Source: an uncultured bacterium (GTDB lineage Bacteria > Patescibacteriota > Gracilibacteria > Absconditabacterales > Absconditicoccaceae). From it: a DNA stretch of 49,667 nucleotides. This document shows, piece by piece, positions 46,643 to 49,667 of the stretch. The translations under genes and the position numbers were made by a program. Under the pieces are notes generated by a model. The model was not told where the DNA came from, searched no databases, and worked only from the letters and a program-made list of their open reading frames with translations. Location of the stretch: the NCBI GenBank assembly GCA_963541585.1, contig CAUTUR010000001.1, positions 1 through 49,667 on the forward strand, written 5' to 3'. How positions within the stretch are numbered: position 1 is the first letter of the stretch; the number at the start of each line of letters is the position of its first letter.

Positions 46643-47950
46643 TTATTTCTTTTCGATATCTCTGAGTAAAGCTTGTTTTTCTATCTCAAGCTTATTGATT
46701 TTTTTCTCGAGTTGAAGGACCTCTTCTGGCATCGTATCAAGACTCATTTTTACATTAGCAGATGCTTCATCTAGTAAATCAATCGCCTTATCAGGAAGTT
46801 TACGATCTGAGAGATATCTTCTTGAAAGATCTACCGCAGCAATAACAGCATCATCAGTGATTTTTACACCATGATGAGTCTCATAAGCTTTTTTGATTCC
46901 ACGAAGAATTGAAAGTGCATCTTCTCTACTAGGTTCATTAACCATAACCGGTTGAAACCTTCTTTCTAATGCTCAATCTTTTTCAATATAAAGGCGATAT
47001 TCATTCAATGTCGTAGCTCCAATAATTCTTACTTGTCCCCTAGCAAGTGCAGGTTTGAGCATATTTCCCATATCCATAGATCCTTCTGTTTTTCCAGCTC
47101 AAACGACCGTATGGAGTTCATCAATAAATAAGATGATTTGCCCTTCAGATTTTTCTACTTCTTTAAGAATAGCTTTCAATCTCTCTTCAAAATCTCATCT
47201 ATACTTACTTCATGCCATCAGAGCGCCCATATCAAGCTCAATAATTTTTTTATCCTTCAAAAGATCAGGAACTTCTCATTTAATAATTTGCTGAGCAAGG
47301 AGTTCAATAATCGCAGTCTTTCATACCCCAGGTTCTCATACAAGAACTGGATTGTTTTTTGTCCTACGAGAAAGAATCTGCAAAACCCTTCTCAATTCTT
47401 CATCTCTTCCAATTACAGGATCGAGTTTCCCTTTTTCAGCGAGAAGCGTAATATCTTTCCCATATTTAGATAAAACTTCAAGACTGACCTCAGGATCATT
47501 GGTTTCAACTTTTTCTCCATTTCTGATTTGAAGAATAGTATTTTTTGCCATAGTATAATCAATATCAAACTTTTCAAGAAGTTTTTTTACCGTATTTTCT
47601 ATTTTTACAAGTGCAAGGAAAAAATGCTCAGTCGTAATGTACAGATCTCCCAAATCCTTCATTTCTTGTTCACTTTGCTCCAAAATAGCATTAAGATCTG
47701 AACCAATTCCAATTTGGTTTGCTCACTGAATTTTAGGAAGTTGATCCAAGAGAAGAATAGTTTCAGCTTTCAACTGCTCCAAATTTTTTCAGAGTTTTTT
47801 GATAATTACAGGGAGATAACCGTCAGTTTGTTCGATCATTGCAAAGAACAAATGTTCAGGTAAAATCTGACTATTCCCTCTATTTGAACACAGACTATTG
47901 GCTTCCTGAATCGCCTCGCTTGCTTTAATGGTAAGTTTATTAAAGTTCAT
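46643..47950 (-). CDS. clpB: ClpB/ClpC-type chaperone truncated after NBD1 and the first part of the M-domain, 435 aa; NBD2 absent
   Basis: Clp N-domain repeats. Walker A VGEPGVGKTAI with both Gly = TGA (47336, 47321). [19 protein letters not shown] and ERRFQPV. It ends at a genuine TAA (46643-46645) inside the coiled-coil ([22 protein letters not shown]). Frame checked across the gaps between and upstream of track ORFs 46643-46945 and 47336-47683, up to the ATG at 47948-47950. Confidence 0.85.
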
Positions 47951-47972
47951 TTTTTCTTGTCTTAGAAAATAA

Positions 47973-47999
47973 ATAGCACTTAATTATATACAGTGCTAT
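47973..47999. promoter_or_regulatory. CIRCE-like inverted repeat (candidate HrcA operator) upstream of clpB
   Basis: ATAGCACTT-N9-CAGTGCTAT against the consensus TTAGCACTC-N9-GAGTGCTAA (7 of 9 per arm, exact 9-nt spacer). Lies 23-49 nt upstream of the clpB ATG. Confidence 0.55.
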
Positions 48000-48342
48000 G
48001 ATAAAGAAAAAAATCTGAATTTCAAGATCATTTTCTTAATTAAATCAGTTTTTACTTAAGCCATTCCTTCAAAAAAAACAATGTTAAAAACTTGTTAAAA
48101 AGTTAAAAGAAAAACCAATTCTGAACTGAATTTTCTCTTGCATTTGGTTCAGAGTTTTTTATTATCTTTCCTAGAAAAATCCTGCTTTGTAATAAAGGAG
48201 GTATTCAATCAAGTTGTCATTCTGAATGAAATGAAGAATCTAAATTATCTCCTTCGCTCAGGAAGACATTTGAAGGGTATTTCTCCTTTTTTAACAGAAG
48301 GAATTATTCTCTTGAAAAGCTTTATTTTATCTTTTTCAATCC

Positions 48343-49667
48343 ATGGCTATAGAAAATATCAATCTTCCTCCTCATAATATTGAAGCAGAAAAGGGCGTAA
48401 TTAGCTGAGTTTTACTAGATAATGAAACGATGTGGATTTATGACAGTGATAAACTGGGATACAAGGATTTTTATCAAAAGGAGCATGGATTCATTTACGA
48501 GGCGATTCAGCAGCTTTGGACTGCAAGAAAGACGATAGATGTCGTTACCGTTTCTGATCAGCTTTCAAAAAATGGAAATCTGGATGTAATCGGAGGAACG
48601 GACTATCTTTACGAGCTTTCTACCTTCCTTTTCTCTACTCAGCCTTGCTGAGAATATAGCAAAATCGTGAGAGAAAAATCGCTCTTGAGGCAGGTTTTGA
48701 AAGTCTGTCAGGGAATCTCAGGTGAAGTCTATGAACAAAAAGACACAATTCAGATTTTTGATGCTATTGAAAAGAAAATCTTTGACCTTACGCAAAACCA
48801 AGTCGGAGACAGCATTATTTCTATTGGAGATATTCTGAAAGGGAGAATAGAGGAGTATATGGAAATCGTGGACAACCCTGAGAAATTCAACGAAAAGAAG
48901 GTAATGTCCGGCTATAAGGGGATTGATGGGATGCTGACGGGATTTAAGCCGTGAGAACTGATTATTCTCGCTGCAAGGCCTTCCATGGGTAAGACTTCTT
49001 TTGCCCTCAATGTGCTGACCGATATTGCTCTCAAACAAAAAAAATCTGCCGTGATGATTTCGCTGGAGATGAGCTCAGAATCTATCGTTGATAGGATTGT
49101 GTCGGAGGTTTCTAGCGTTCCGATGTATAAAATCACCAAAGGCGACCTAGATAATGAGGACTTTGCGAAAATGGGGGAGGCGATGGAAGTCCTTGGAGAA
49201 GCTCAGATTTATATTGATGATAAGGGGGCTTTGACCGTTCCAGAACTCAAATCTAAACTCAGAAAATTAAAAATAGAAAAAGGCTGACTAGATATTGTGA
49301 TCATTGATTACCTCCAACTGATGCATGGAACGGTCTTCGTTGGGAATAGAGTCCAAGAGATTTCCGAGATCTCAAGAGGGCTTAAAGAGCTTGCAAGGGA
49401 GCTTGAAGTGCCAATTATCGCACTTTCTCAGCTCTCTCGTGCGGTAGAGCAGAGGGTAGACAAGAAGCCACAACTTTCCGACCTGAGAGAATCAGGAGCG
49501 ATTGAGCAAGATGCTGATGCGGTTTTGATGCTCCATAGAGAAGACTACTACGATCCTGACACGGATAAAAAAGGTGCAACCGATGTCTGCATCAGAAAAA
49601 ACAGAAACTGAGCGGTAGGGGAGGTTGAGCTGCATTTTGAGAAAGAAATTATGAGATTCACCGAAAG
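48343..49667 (+). CDS. dnaB: Replicative DNA helicase DnaB; 3' end lies outside the window
   Basis: [13 protein letters not shown] at the N-terminus. Walker [22 protein letters not shown] with the first Gly = TGA at 48952-48954. [14 protein letters not shown] and [14 protein letters not shown]. Track ORFs 48430, 48667, 48985 and 49297 share the frame of the ATG at 48343. Confidence 0.95.

Noticed and set aside
48138-48377. 79-aa plus-strand ORF overlapping the dnaB start
   Set aside because: It is out of frame with dnaB, has low-complexity sequence, and spans the promoter and leader region. The dnaB N-terminus ([13 protein letters not shown]) begins at 48343.
1-49667. The heavy fragmentation of conserved genes (clpB, dnaB, holB, rsmA, mod, res) under the standard code could suggest a pseudogene-ridden region
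   Set aside because: The interruptions are exclusively TGA and fall on conserved glycines. Reading TGA as Gly restores full-length, motif-complete proteins that end in TAA or TAG.
1-49667. Mollicutes-style code 4 (TGA = Trp), suggested by low GC and Mycoplasma-like DUF285 repeats
   Set aside because: TGA occupies P-loop and SAM-motif glycine positions, while conserved tryptophans are encoded by TGG.

Overview
AT-rich bacterial window that is only coherent under genetic code 25 (TGA = Gly, as in Gracilibacteria/Absconditabacteria-type CPR bacteria). Reading through TGA collapses the fragmented six-frame track into about 27 tightly packed genes, all ending in TAA or TAG. In many of them TGA falls on invariant glycines: P-loops of ClpB, DnaB, HolB and a TraD/VirD4-like ATPase, the RsmA SAM motif, UvrB and RhuM. 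Left to right: (1) 3' end of a tandem-repeat protein; (2) a uvrB fragment holding only the C-terminal ~258 aa; (3) a minus-strand operon with one giant 4364-aa ORF (3149-16243), a 310-aa secreted protein and a 165-aa TrbC/VirB2-like membrane protein; (4) a defense island on the minus strand: lipoprotein, XRE-HTH/Panacea(DUF4065) antitoxin plus RelE-like toxin, Type III Mod, Type III Res, RhuM; (5) TMEM43/DUF1625 protein, holB, rsmA and a CNNM/CorC transporter; (6) a surface cluster: a 1555-aa DUF285/BspA-like, Ig-like and cadherin adhesin with a poly-G tract in its signal peptide, a 537-aa secreted protein, and divergently a 966-aa TraD/VirD4-like ATPase fused to an S1 domain; (7) a 7-repeat protein, ftsH, a PSP1 protein, a TPR protein, a hypothetical, a sugar nucleotidyltransferase and a secreted GH26-like hydrolase; (8) a clpB ending at a genuine TAA after NBD1, behind a CIRCE-like operator; (9) dnaB, running off the window. 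No rRNA, tRNA, CRISPR array, transposase or integrase was seen. All family calls come from motif recognition by eye, with no searches run. Coordinates were anchored to the ORF track by frame arithmetic, and I checked the inter-ORF gaps of the long minus-strand genes and most other merges codon by codon for TAA/TAG; a few joins (mainly plus-strand genes) were only read through by eye.
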